Numbered from the stretch's first letter, positions 9,456 through 19,146 are shown. The stretch: 64,000 bases of DNA from Clostridia bacterium (GCA_035561135.1 DATMYA010000023.1:75886-139885), one strand, 5' to 3'. The notes: generated from the letters alone by a model not told the origin. Numbers and translations: made by a program.

Positions 9456-9962
9456 TCAGCCGCGTGCCCGAGCATGGAGTCGGCTGAGCGTCGTAGCGGT
9501 ATGGACGTGGCATATTGCAATCGCGAGTGCGTCGGCCGCATCCGACGGCTTCGGCGGATCAGCAAGGCGGAGGAGGCGCGCGACCATAACTTGCACCTGT
9601 GCCTTCTCCGCCCTACCATATCCGACGACGGCGGACTTGATCGCGAGCGGCGCATAGGCTTCGACGGCCAGTCCGCAACGTGAGGCCGCGAGCATGGCCA
9701 CTCCCCGAACATGCCCCAACTTCAGAGCTGATTTCGCATTCGCAGCGAAGAAGACATCCTCGATGGCGACGACTTCCGGGCGATGCTCCTGCATGATCTC
9801 ACAGAGCTGCGTGAAAACGCGATCGAGCCGTATCTCCAGGCGCTCGCGAGGCGACAGGCGAATCGCGCCCACAGTTACGCACTCCAGATGTCCCGTGGGA
9901 TCGCCTTCGACGATGCCGAAGCCCGTGTATTCGCCGCCGCAATCGATTCCCATTACGCGCAT
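9456..9962 (-). CDS. ruvC: crossover junction endodeoxyribonuclease RuvC
   Basis: MRVMGIDCGGEYTGFGIVE...AIEDVFFAANAKSALKLGHVRG...DAADALAIAICH are the canonical RuvC catalytic motifs. The track start at 10034 adds 24 non-conserved residues. Confidence 0.9.
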   Translation of the reverse strand: MRVMGIDCGGEYTGFGIVEGDPTGHLECVTVGAIRLSPRERLEIRLDRVFTQLCEIMQEHRPEVVAIEDVFFAANAKSALKLGHVRGVAMLAASRCGLAVEAYAPLAIKSAVVGYGRAEKAQVQVMVARLLRLADPPKPSDAADALAIAICHVHTATTLSRLHARARG

Positions 9963-10213
9963 CTTGCTGGAGTGTAGCACTGGCCGCGCACAGGATGGAG
10001 TGGGAAAGAGTAAAGCCCGCGAACACGCGGGCAACAGCGAACCGTCTTAAACGGTTTTCTGAATCATAGGTGTTCCTCCACTTCGCAACTGCGCCGCTTC
10101 GCCCAGGACGACGAAGCATTCCCCAGCAATAACGACGCAATTCACGCAGCTTGGGAACAAAGAATTCGCTGTTGGTTCTGGGCGCAGTTTGCGCGTCTGC
10201 TATCCTCTCGGCC

Positions 10214-11212
10214 ATGGACGTCGTCTCACTTACCCGTCAACTGGTTGACATTGAGTCGCTCACCGGCAACGAGTCACAGGTTGGTGAGTTCCTGATCGAA
10301 CACCTCACGGCGCTTGGATACCAGACCGAGCAGATGCCAGTTGAACGCCATCGCTTCAACGTTTGGGCTACGCCGGACGAGGAACCCGCGCCCGCTCTCG
10401 TTTTCAGCACTCATATCGATACGGTTCCTCCTTTCATTCCGTCGTCCGAAGACAACGAGAATATCTATGGGCGCGGTTCATGCGACGCAAAAGGCATCAT
10501 TGCGGCGCAGATATTCGCGGCCGAGCAGTTGCGGGCTGCCGGAATATTGTGCGGCCTGCTGTTCGTGGTGGGCGAGGAGCGAGACTCCCTGGGGGCAGCT
10601 GTCGCGAACCAGCACGCTCGCGGATCCCGTTTCCTGATCAACGGAGAGCCTACGGAAAACCGGATTGCTCTGGCTTCGAGAGGCGCCTTGCGTGTGGAGG
10701 TGACGGCGCGGGGGCGCATGGCGCACTCTGCATATCCGGAACTGGGCGAGTCGGCGATCGACAAACTTCTGGATGCGCTGCAATCGCTACGCGCAATGCC
10801 GCTGCCGCACAACGATGAGATCGGCACGAGCACGCTGAACATCGGGATCATCGAGGGCGGTCGCGCGACGAACGTTATCCCCGATTTTGCCAAGGCACAA
10901 CTGCTGTACAGGCTGGTGGGTCCGTCGGAAGATTTGCGGAAGAAGATCGTGACCGCTGTCGGCGCGCGAGCGGAAGTCGATTTCGTGCTCGATATACCGT
11001 TCATGAATTTTCGCAACGTTCCCGATGTGCCGGCAATGACTGCGTCTTTCACCACGGACATTCCGAAGCTGAGTGCGTGGGGTGAACCAGTTCTGCTCGG
11101 ACCGGGGTCGATCCTGGTGGCACACACGGACCGCGAGTACATCCCCAAAGAACAACTCCGATCGGCGGTCGATCTCTACGCGAGAGTTGCAAGACATCTG
11201 CTGGGCCGGTAG
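10214..11212 (+). CDS. M20-family metallopeptidase (ArgE/DapE/acetylornithine deacetylase-like)
   Basis: LVDIESLTGNE, STHIDTVPP, GRGSCDAKG, GEERDS and HSAYPELG are M20 metal-binding motifs. The alternative TTG at 10151 would add a hydrophobic, signal-like 21 aa. Confidence 0.8.
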   Translation: MDVVSLTRQLVDIESLTGNESQVGEFLIEHLTALGYQTEQMPVERHRFNVWATPDEEPAPALVFSTHIDTVPPFIPSSEDNENIYGRGSCDAKGIIAAQIFAAEQLRAAGILCGLLFVVGEERDSLGAAVANQHARGSRFLINGEPTENRIALASRGALRVEVTARGRMAHSAYPELGESAIDKLLDALQSLRAMPLPHNDEIGTSTLNIGIIEGGRATNVIPDFAKAQLLYRLVGPSEDLRKKIVTAVGARAEVDFVLDIPFMNFRNVPDVPAMTASFTTDIPKLSAWGEPVLLGPGSILVAHTDREYIPKEQLRSAVDLYARVARHLLGR

Positions 11213-11311
11213 CGAAGCGGGTGCGTCATCTGGGATGACAATGCCAAGTCTCTGCTGCGTGATTCGCAGAAGTGCACTCGCACCGTCGTTATGGCGATAC
11301 ACTAATGCCAT

Positions 11312-13477
11312 ATGAGCACGAGCCAGACGAACACCCTGGGCCACGCCTCTTCCGCTTACCTTCGATCCGCAATGCACCAGCCGATTCAGTGGCACGAGTG
11401 GGGCGATGAGGCTTTTGCTCTCGCTCAACGCGAGAATAAGCCTGTGTTACTGGACATCGGCGCGGTGTGGTGCCACTGGTGCCACGTGATGGATCGTGAG
11501 TCGTATGACAGTCCCGAAGTGGCGCGCATCATCAATGAAAACTTTGTTGCCATCAAGGTCGATCGCGATGAGCGCCCTGATGTGGATTCGCGTCACCAAA
11601 CGGCGGTGGCCGCCATCAGCGGACAGGGCGGCTGGCCCCTCACCGTTTTCCTGACTTCGGAGGGCAAACCGTTCTACGGCGGCACGTACTTCCCTCCCGC
11701 GGACAGCATGGGACGCCCTGGGTTCAAGAAGATATTGCTCGCCATATCCGAGGCGTACCGTGAGCGCCGCTCGGATGTGGAAGAGGAAGCCGGAAAGCTG
11801 ATGCACGCTCTCGGACACGCCGAAGGTATGCTGGGCGGCTCGGCCGAGTTTTCGCCTCGCGTTGTGGAACAGATGGTGCAGGCCGCACTCGGCGCCTTCG
11901 ATCGGGAGAATGGCGGGTTTGGCGGAGCACCTAAGTTTCCGCATCCGGCAGCGCTGGATTTGCTGCTGGACTGGTACTCGCGCACAGGCGAAGAACAAGT
12001 AGGAACTGTGGTAATGAAAACGCTGGAGCACATGGCGCGTGGCGGCGTGTACGACCAGCTTGCAGGCGGCTTCCATCGCTACTCTGTGGACGAGCGCTGG
12101 TGCGTGCCGCACTTCGAGAAAATGTCCTATGACAACTCGGAGCTGCTGAAGAATTACGTTCACGCATACCAGGCGACGCGCAATCCCTTTTTCGCGCACA
12201 TCGCGCGAGACATCATTCGCTGGATGGACGAGTGGCTCAGCGACCGCGAGCGCGGCGGCTTCTTCTCGTCGCAGGACGCAGACATCAACCTGGACGACGA
12301 CGGTGATTACTTTACCTGGACTCGCGACGAAGCTAGCGCCGTGCTCAAAGAGCAGGAATTCGAAGTAGCAACGCTGCACTACGACATCGACGAAGTCGGC
12401 GAAATGCACCACAACCACGCGAAGAACGTTCTATGGATTCGTGCTTCTGTTGAGGAGATCGCGTCGCGGTTGGGCAAAGAGCGCAGCGAGGTCGAAACTT
12501 TGCTGGCTTCCGCAAAACAGAAGATGCTCAAGGCACGGCTTACGCGTCCTACGCCTTACATCGATAAAACGGTGTATACGAACTGGAACGCGCTTTGCAT
12601 CTCGGCGTACCTGCACGCTTCCTCCGTGCTGGGAACGGCGACGTCGGGCGTGGCTGATTCCACGATGGAAAACGCGCGCAGCTTTGCGCTGCGCTCGCTC
12701 GACCGCCTGCTATCGGAAGCTTGGAATGTGGATCGCGGCCTGCTTCACGTCATCGCCTACTCCGATCTCTCGGCGACGCGCCGCGAAGTGCGAGGACTGT
12801 TGGACGATTACGCCTACACGGTGCTCGCCTGCCTGGATGCTTACGAAGCCACGGCAGACATGAGCTATTTCCGTTTCGCGCGTGCGATCGCTGATGCCAT
12901 GATCGCGCGTTTCTACGATGTCACGTCCGGGGGATTCTTCGACACCGAACACGCGCGCACGGAGGCCGTCGCGCTCGGAGCGTTAAGCGCGAAGAGAAAG
13001 CCATTCCAGGACTCGCCGACTCCAGCCGGAGATCCATGCGCGGCGATCGGGTTGCTGCGTCTGCACGCTTACACGAACGAAGCTTCGTATCGCGACAAAG
13101 CGGAAAAAACACTGGAAGTTTTTGCTGGAATCGCAGAGCAGTTCGGCATCTACGCGGGGACATACGGCATTGCATCCATCTGGATGTTGCGCTCACATAC
13201 GCAAGTTGTCCTCGTGGGACACGGATTGCAAGCCGACGCGCTGTACGATGCCGCCGTAGCTCCCTTCGCGATCAACAAGTCAGTGGTGCGCATTACCGAG
13301 AACGAGGCAGTGGGCGCCTATTTACCACCCGCTTTAAAACAAACAATTCCAAACGTGCCGGGACTGAGCGACGGCCGAGCGGTTGCAATCGTCTGCTCGG
13401 ACTTCACCTGCCGCCCACCAGTTCATACGGCGGAAGACCTGACATATACATTGCGCGAAATCATCACGAAGAGGTGA
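11312..13477 (+). CDS. thioredoxin-domain protein of the YyaL/DUF255 (SSP411-like) family
   Basis: 721 aa. WHEWGDEAFALAQRENKPVLLDIGAVWCHWCHVMDRESY is the DUF255 thioredoxin-like N-terminus. It is followed by an alpha/alpha-toroid-like region (GGFHRYSVDERWCVPHFEKMSYDN). Confidence 0.85.
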   Translation: MSTSQTNTLGHASSAYLRSAMHQPIQWHEWGDEAFALAQRENKPVLLDIGAVWCHWCHVMDRESYDSPEVARIINENFVAIKVDRDERPDVDSRHQTAVAAISGQGGWPLTVFLTSEGKPFYGGTYFPPADSMGRPGFKKILLAISEAYRERRSDVEEEAGKLMHALGHAEGMLGGSAEFSPRVVEQMVQAALGAFDRENGGFGGAPKFPHPAALDLLLDWYSRTGEEQVGTVVMKTLEHMARGGVYDQLAGGFHRYSVDERWCVPHFEKMSYDNSELLKNYVHAYQATRNPFFAHIARDIIRWMDEWLSDRERGGFFSSQDADINLDDDGDYFTWTRDEASAVLKEQEFEVATLHYDIDEVGEMHHNHAKNVLWIRASVEEIASRLGKERSEVETLLASAKQKMLKARLTRPTPYIDKTVYTNWNALCISAYLHASSVLGTATSGVADSTMENARSFALRSLDRLLSEAWNVDRGLLHVIAYSDLSATRREVRGLLDDYAYTVLACLDAYEATADMSYFRFARAIADAMIARFYDVTSGGFFDTEHARTEAVALGALSAKRKPFQDSPTPAGDPCAAIGLLRLHAYTNEASYRDKAEKTLEVFAGIAEQFGIYAGTYGIASIWMLRSHTQVVLVGHGLQADALYDAAVAPFAINKSVVRITENEAVGAYLPPALKQTIPNVPGLSDGRAVAIVCSDFTCRPPVHTAEDLTYTLREIITKR

Positions 13478-13588
13478 CGCGAGGAGTTGAGTACGTGCTC
13501 AGCGCCACTTTTTGCAGCTTCAGGCACGAAACCCATCGTCGCCAAATCGTTCGTCACAGGTTAGAGTTATTCTCGGAAGGAAAATACA

Positions 13589-14125
13589 TTGGCCACAACT
13601 AAAAAGAAGAGTGCAACCAAACGCACCCGTACGGCCCCGCCTGCGCGAAAAAGCGCTGGCGCGCCCAAGAGCACGGCACGCAAGGCAAGCGGCAAGACAA
13701 ATGGATTCCACGCTGGCCTCTACACGGTCCCACGCGGACACGTGAGCATCGCTGTTCCGCCGTTCTGGACGCTGCGACAGACCAACGACGACCTTGAACT
13801 CGACGCCCCCTCCGGTGGCACGTCCATCATCGTCAACGCTTATCAACGCAATCATGAAGTGAAGTCGCTGGACGCGCGTGTTTATCTGCACGACTTCCTG
13901 GAGCGGTTGCAAACGAAAGGCCGCCCGAAGATGCAGGGCGGGACTCGCCAGCATGCATCCGTGCACTATCGCGACACGGACGGGAATAACTGGGAGCTGC
14001 TCTTCCTGGCGAACGGCGATACGCTACTGATGGCAACGTGCAGCACGACCGGGCCAATGACCAGCAAGGAAGCACGCCTCGGCCTGGAAGTTATGCACTC
14101 GCTGAAGTTGAAGGCGAAGAAGTAA
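13589..14125 (+). CDS. hypothetical protein with a Lys/Arg/Ala/Thr-rich basic N-terminal tail
   Basis: TTG start 7 nt after GGAAGG. 178 aa, with the first ~38 residues highly basic (MATTKKKSATKRTRTAPPARKSAGAPKSTARKASGK). A strong terminator follows. No family recognised. Confidence 0.55.
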   Translation: MATTKKKSATKRTRTAPPARKSAGAPKSTARKASGKTNGFHAGLYTVPRGHVSIAVPPFWTLRQTNDDLELDAPSGGTSIIVNAYQRNHEVKSLDARVYLHDFLERLQTKGRPKMQGGTRQHASVHYRDTDGNNWELLFLANGDTLLMATCSTTGPMTSKEARLGLEVMHSLKLKAKK

Positions 14126-14149
14126 ACGCGCACCAATCGAAAACATAAA

Positions 14150-14185
14150 CGGTGCAGCCCGGCATGGGCGCTGCACCGTTTTCTG
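14150..14185 (+). terminator. intrinsic terminator
   Basis: CGGTGCAGC-ccggcatggg-GCTGCACCG followed by TTTTCT, 25 nt after the stop at 14125. Confidence 0.8.
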
Positions 14186-14264
14186 TTGCGATTTTCTGCG
14201 GCGGAACTTCTTGCAATGACTTCTGTTGAGAGATGGGCGGTAAGCAGTTCAGCAGAGGACTTCC

Positions 14265-14696
14265 CTACTCCGCGCCATTATTCATGTAGGCGCGCATCAT
14301 ACGGACTTCCACGTCTTTTTCGTCGAGATCGTGGAGCAGAAGATCGCGCATGGACAAGAAGCCGACGAGTTTGCCGTTGTCCACGACAGGCAGATGCCGG
14401 AATCCGTACTGCTTCATCACGAGCATGCAGCGGTCCACCAGTTCGTCCGTGCCAACGATGCGAGGATCTGGCGTCATAACTTCCGCTACGGATATCTGGC
14501 TGGGATCACGCGCCTCGATGAGAACGCGTGTCATGATGTCGCGCTCGGAGAAGACTCCGACCAGCGTGCCGCTTTGCACCACAGGAACCGCGCCTATATT
14601 GTGCCCGCTCATGTAGCGCGCGGCATCCAATACCTTATCGTCGGCCTGAACGTAATAGACTTCCCGCCCCCTCACCAACTCGTGAATCGTTGCCAT
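14265..14696 (-). CDS. CBS-pair domain protein
   Basis: 143 aa with two CBS-like repeats (HNIGAVPVV..GTLVGVFSERDI; GFRHLPVVDNGKLVGFLSMRDL). GGAGGAG lies upstream of the ATG. Confidence 0.85.
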   Translation of the reverse strand: MATIHELVRGREVYYVQADDKVLDAARYMSGHNIGAVPVVQSGTLVGVFSERDIMTRVLIEARDPSQISVAEVMTPDPRIVGTDELVDRCMLVMKQYGFRHLPVVDNGKLVGFLSMRDLLLHDLDEKDVEVRMMRAYMNNGAE

Positions 14697-14927
14697 TAGC
14701 TCCTCCCAACCGACTCGATGATGACCGAAATGCCTGCGCAGTAGATATATGGAGTTAACCCGCTCCGGTTCAGGAGAGCATGTTTGCCTCGGAGTATATG
14801 TCGAGTTCGGTTCGGACGAAAGACCAGATAATCTTTTTTTCTAGACGGCAGTGGCATGGTGCGAGATGTCCGTCGAGCACTGGAATCGAGGCCAGTCTGG
14901 TACGGAGCGGCAAGAAGCGGCAAAGTA

Positions 14928-14960
14928 GAAAGCCCAGCAGTTTAGTTTGCCGGGCTTTCG
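14928..14960 (-). terminator. probable intrinsic terminator of the 14979-16040 gene
   Basis: On the minus strand: AAAGCCCGG-caaactaaact-CTGGGCTTT followed by CTACTTT. The stem is imperfect. Confidence 0.5.
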
Positions 14961-14978
14961 TGCGTGCGGAAAAACATC

Positions 14979-16040
14979 TCAGTCGCGATCGTCCAGGCTG
15001 AACAGATCGAGAATACGGCTCTGAGCGTTGATGTCTATCAGGATGATGCTGCGATTTAAAATGACGCGCTGAATGGCTCTGGGTAGCGATGGCAATTGCT
15101 GCTCACAACGAACCGGTAGAGCCTGAACGCGCTTCTGCAATCCTGGCGGGAGAGTGCCGTTCCTGCGGAGCTGCTTCTCCAGACCGGGCGGCAAGCGGTC
15201 ACGCTTCGCAAGCCCAGGAGGCAGATTGCGAGTATCGCCCATGCACCCCCGGATGACGCGACGTTCGCGCGCGGAAAACTCCGGAACCCAGCCGCGGCCG
15301 TCATTGATGCGAACGGCGTCCTCCCGGCGTTGGAGGTCGCGATCGTCGTCCAAATTCCTGACGGAATCGTTCGCCCTGGCAGCGGTGTTGTTGCTGTAAC
15401 CGGAGTTGGTGCGGTAGCCGGAGACCTTTGCCGCCTGCGAATTCGAAGTCGTTCTCCAGGACAGAATGGCTTCCGAGTCGACTCTGGACTCTCTCTTGCC
15501 GGTGGCTGCGGCTGCGCCTGTACCTGCGGCTGCGCCAACAGCGGCTCCAACGGCAGCACCCTTGCCGCCACCCGTGATCGCGCCGATGATCGCACCGGCG
15601 GCAGCGCCACCGCCAATCTTGGTGGTATTGCTTTTGGTGTGCGACTCGCCCTTAAGAAGTAGCGGCTCAACATTGACGCTGGCTGCTACGGAGCCGTACT
15701 CGACTCGCGTGAGCGCCAGTTCCAGCACTCCGGGCCCACTGAGGCGGCCGGAACGCTTCGCCGACACAACGGTTCCGGCGACATCCGCGCCCTTGGGGAA
15801 AACCGTCGTGCCGTTCACGACGACCGGGCTTTGCAGCGTACCACGGAAAGTGTCTCCCGCATTGGCGGTTTCGCTGCTCAGGCTATCGATGAGACGGACA
15901 TCCAACTGAGTGCCGCTCGGAATGACGCCCGCGTTGGACTGCGACTGTGGCCGCCGCATCTGCGCACTGGCGAGTACGCTCGCAAACATCAGCACACATG
16001 CCATTGCGCCAGCGATTGCGCCGGCAGAAATCTTGCGCAT
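14979..16040 (-). CDS. secreted protein with a Gly/Ala glycine-zipper segment and a C-terminal LPPGL-repeat (CigR/RcnB-like) region
   Basis: Signal peptide MRKISAGAIAGAMACVLMFASVLASA. Central GGGAAAGAIIGAITGGGKGAAVGAAVGAAAGTGAAAA. C-terminal NLPPGLAKRDRLPPGLEKQLRRNGTLPPGLQKR. GGGAGGA lies upstream of the ATG. Confidence 0.65.
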   Translation of the reverse strand: MRKISAGAIAGAMACVLMFASVLASAQMRRPQSQSNAGVIPSGTQLDVRLIDSLSSETANAGDTFRGTLQSPVVVNGTTVFPKGADVAGTVVSAKRSGRLSGPGVLELALTRVEYGSVAASVNVEPLLLKGESHTKSNTTKIGGGAAAGAIIGAITGGGKGAAVGAAVGAAAGTGAAAATGKRESRVDSEAILSWRTTSNSQAAKVSGYRTNSGYSNNTAARANDSVRNLDDDRDLQRREDAVRINDGRGWVPEFSARERRVIRGCMGDTRNLPPGLAKRDRLPPGLEKQLRRNGTLPPGLQKRVQALPVRCEQQLPSLPRAIQRVILNRSIILIDINAQSRILDLFSLDDRD

Positions 16041-16147
16041 TACTTTGTCCTCCCGCAGCTTTGTCTCCGAATGCTATTCGCCGCCAAAGACAAGCACAAG
16101 TGACTGAGGGACATCGGCCTTGTAGCCTTATCCAGGAGCGCTGTCCA

Positions 16148-17596
16148 CTACTTGTCAATGAATACGAAATAGGAAGATTGCCAGAGCCTGGAGGGGATGC
16201 TGCCGCGCTGCCGAGCCGTTAGGACGACATTGTAATCGTCTGTAACATCGAGCGTTTCCAGCACCGACGTGCCCTCGCACTCCTTCACCAGCGCCAGGTA
16301 AGCAAGGAACTGGTAGACGTCGTGACCTCCGTCATAACCTGCGGCGGCAAAGCTCAACTCCGTGTGTTCGTCGGCGAAGTGCCATCCCAGAGATGCCGCA
16401 AGTGCGACTGCGTTCTCATACGCGGCCTGGCTGACCACGCCCGGCGCAGGATTGTCGAAGACAATACGCAACTTGCGCTCGTCCTCGCGCGTAAACTCGC
16501 GCACCTTCAGCGAGCCTGATTTGGCGGTGGATTTCCAATCGACGTGGCGAGCGGAGTCCTCAGGGCCGTACTCGCGTATGCGGTAGAGGTCGTATCCGCG
16601 TCCCCGCACGTAGCTCTCAAACTCGCCGGTTATCATCGGCAGTACTTCGAATAGCTCATCCGTCGGCTCCACCGGCGGATAGACAACGATCTCGCGATTC
16701 AGCGGCACTCGGCGCGTCTTCACCAGGAATGAGAATGGGAATCGCGTGGCAAGGCCGAAGCTGTTCTGGACGTAACGTCCGCGACGGTCGAAGCGCAGCT
16801 CGAGATCTGCGCGCCCAGCATCGCCCGGCGCGATGTATGGGAAGTAAACACGCTCGCGGAAAATCGCTTCGCCGGGTGCAGCTTGGTCTTTGCGCTCGAA
16901 CCAGATGTCAGGCCAGCGCACCCAAGGCTTCCGTCCGGTCTTCTCTGATGGGAATACGAAAACGGTATGGCGGGTTCCCCAGCGCTTGCCGGTCTTCTTC
17001 TGGCGTGGTGGCACGACGCTGACCGATAAGGCGGGAAGCAAGCGGCGCAGGTTTCGCAACACAAGGCGCGCGCTGACCGCGGTTCCAGCAAAGACGTGTG
17101 CCGGAATGTTCACCTCAAGCAGCAGACCGCGAAGTACCAGGGCGGAAGAGACTCCGCCGACCAGCACAGCCGCGAGCATGGCAGCAACCACTAGGAAGAG
17201 GAGATTGTTGCCGGTGTTGAGTGCCGCTACGCCGATGACCAGCGTGAGCACGATGTAGGCCACGCCTTCCCTGGTAACGTCGAAATCAAAGGCGTCACGC
17301 ATTCCGGCAACCACCACGCGCCGGGCCAGGTAAGGTACGGTCGTGAGGCCCACGACGGCAGCAAGCAAAAGGGCCGCCGATGCCAGAATACCGGTCGCCA
17401 GAACATTTCCGGATTCACTGGCAACGGTGGAGAGCACGGCCGCAGCCAGAGCCAGAGCGAGTCCGACAATGGCTACCAGGAAGCGTACCCACGCTTCGTA
17501 CTCCACGCTAGACAAGACCTTCGACAACACGGACTTGAGCCACGCCGACATGCTGACTACATCATTACCGATTTCGGGGCGGATTGCGAAGAGCAA
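16148..17596 (-). CDS. DUF58-family protein with an N-terminal membrane region
   Basis: YRIREYGPEDSARHVDWKSTAKSGSLKVREFTRE matches the DUF58 core (REY..GD..R.IDWK.tar...l.VrE). There are several N-terminal TM helices. The start is uncertain (TTG at 17596, ATG at 17551). Confidence 0.75.
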   Translation of the reverse strand: MLFAIRPEIGNDVVSMSAWLKSVLSKVLSSVEYEAWVRFLVAIVGLALALAAAVLSTVASESGNVLATGILASAALLLAAVVGLTTVPYLARRVVVAGMRDAFDFDVTREGVAYIVLTLVIGVAALNTGNNLLFLVVAAMLAAVLVGGVSSALVLRGLLLEVNIPAHVFAGTAVSARLVLRNLRRLLPALSVSVVPPRQKKTGKRWGTRHTVFVFPSEKTGRKPWVRWPDIWFERKDQAAPGEAIFRERVYFPYIAPGDAGRADLELRFDRRGRYVQNSFGLATRFPFSFLVKTRRVPLNREIVVYPPVEPTDELFEVLPMITGEFESYVRGRGYDLYRIREYGPEDSARHVDWKSTAKSGSLKVREFTREDERKLRIVFDNPAPGVVSQAAYENAVALAASLGWHFADEHTELSFAAAGYDGGHDVYQFLAYLALVKECEGTSVLETLDVTDDYNVVLTARQRGSIPSRLWQSSYFVFIDK

Positions 17597-17623
17597 TGCG
17601 TGGAGAGTTTATTCAGGGAAGGC

Positions 17624-17905
17624 CTATTCAGGATCTGCGACGCGTGCTCCGCGATGCGTAAGACGGTGCAGCCAGGCTTTGGCGTGCAGCTCTGCATGAT
17701 TGATGTGCGCGGCGATTCGCGGGAAGCGATTGCGTAGCCCTTGCAGCAGATTGTGCGCCCAGGCGCACTCTGTCGAAAGGATTATAAGGCCGATGAGCAG
17801 GAACAATATTCCCTGCAGGACCGGCAGAACCAATCCAGCGATACCAAGGATGATAAACATCCACCCTACGGAGATGATTAAAACGCGTTTGGCTCGAGAT
17901 CTCAT
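17624..17905 (-). CDS. small two-TM membrane protein (PGPGW/DUF454-like)
   Basis: MRSRAKRVLIISVGWMFIILGIAGLVLPVLQGILFLLIGLIILSTECAWA resembles the PGPGW small-membrane-protein pattern. It lies 28 nt upstream of and co-directional with the DUF58 gene. The start was chosen at the ATG at 17905. Confidence 0.5.
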   Translation of the reverse strand: MRSRAKRVLIISVGWMFIILGIAGLVLPVLQGILFLLIGLIILSTECAWAHNLLQGLRNRFPRIAAHINHAELHAKAWLHRLTHRGARVADPE

Positions 17906-18064
17906 TTGCTGTGTTGTTGGATGCGGCGCGATTTCAATGTACGGCACTAATTTTCGCGTGCATCCGCTGAAGTCCGCCTGTAGCGCAGCCTTTCGATGCA
18001 CACTGTAACGTCCTTAAAAGCACGCGACGACATCTTATCGAGACTACCACGAGACTTTATCCGG

Positions 18065-19072
18065 TCACGGTGACGCATAGCCGGGTCCGGCTATGTCTCC
18101 CAAATTTCTGCTCGGGGCGGTCCGGCTGAGCCAGTCAATCAGGATTCGGTTGAATTCCTCAGGCGCTTCTTCGTACGGAAGGTGACCGACACCGGGCATG
18201 ACGACGAGTTCGGCATCTCTCATGTGCAGCTTTAGCTTTGCCGCGGAAGTTACAGGAACAGCGCTGTCCTGATCTCCCCAGACAAGCAGCGTTGGCGCCA
18301 GAATGATCGCGGCTTTCTCCTTCAATTTCGCGAGGTCGCCGTGCCAGTGCTTGACTATGTCCAGCACATAATCCACGGTGCCCGGAGTCCGTATTGGCGC
18401 GTCATAACCTTGGCGCGTTGCGCGAGTCACCTTGGCGGGATCGGCGTACATACGTTCCAGCATGAGCCCGCGTGCGACGGAGAAGATGCCGATGGCAGGT
18501 ACGATTGTGCGAAAGCAAAATGCGCCGACTGGATGTCCCAACAACCTGGTTCGCCGAAGGCCGACACGCGACCAGGGATTCATCGGCGCCACGAGCACGA
18601 GGCGTCCTATGATTCCGCCGCGCTCTTCCGCATCGATGGCGGCCATCATCATGACCAGGCCGCCTCCGTGAGAAGTGCCTACGAGATCGACGCCGTGCAG
18701 TCCTTCTTCGCGCATCCAGCGCAGCAGACGGCGCGCCGTCTCGCCGAGGCTGAAGCTCAACGCGCCTCGCGGCGGACGCTCCGAAAACCCTATACCGAGC
18801 AGATCGACGGCGTACACGGAGGCGCGCTCAGAAAGCGCTTCAATGTTGAAGCGCCACGAGAAGGAATAGCCAAGAAGCCCATGAATCAAAACGATAGGCG
18901 GACCAGCTGTCGCTAGGTTTTGTGCACACTGAAAAAGGTAGCGCATGCGGAATTCGCCGATTGAGGCCCAGCGCTCTTCGCCGACAACAAACCGCTCTCC
19001 ACCGCCGTGATTAACCGGATCTTGGAGCGCGCCATTTCGTTTCTGCAAAGGAACCTCCAAGTTCTTTGTCAT
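18065..19072 (-). CDS. alpha/beta-fold hydrolase
   Basis: PIVLIHGLLGYSFSWR, the nucleophile elbow LVGTSHGG and C-terminal GVGHLPYEEAPEEF are present. The upstream 56 codons of the track ORF have low GC3 (about 54% by hand count) and contain a hairpin. I therefore start at the ATG at 19072. Confidence 0.8.
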   Translation of the reverse strand: MTKNLEVPLQKRNGALQDPVNHGGGERFVVGEERWASIGEFRMRYLFQCAQNLATAGPPIVLIHGLLGYSFSWRFNIEALSERASVYAVDLLGIGFSERPPRGALSFSLGETARRLLRWMREEGLHGVDLVGTSHGGGLVMMMAAIDAEERGGIIGRLVLVAPMNPWSRVGLRRTRLLGHPVGAFCFRTIVPAIGIFSVARGLMLERMYADPAKVTRATRQGYDAPIRTPGTVDYVLDIVKHWHGDLAKLKEKAAIILAPTLLVWGDQDSAVPVTSAAKLKLHMRDAELVVMPGVGHLPYEEAPEEFNRILIDWLSRTAPSRNLGDIAGPGYASP

Positions 19073-19146
19073 GATGAAAACCAAATACAACCGAATTCCT
19101 GAATGATGAATCTCATTTACCGATATCGCCTCTGTCGCTTCTGTAT

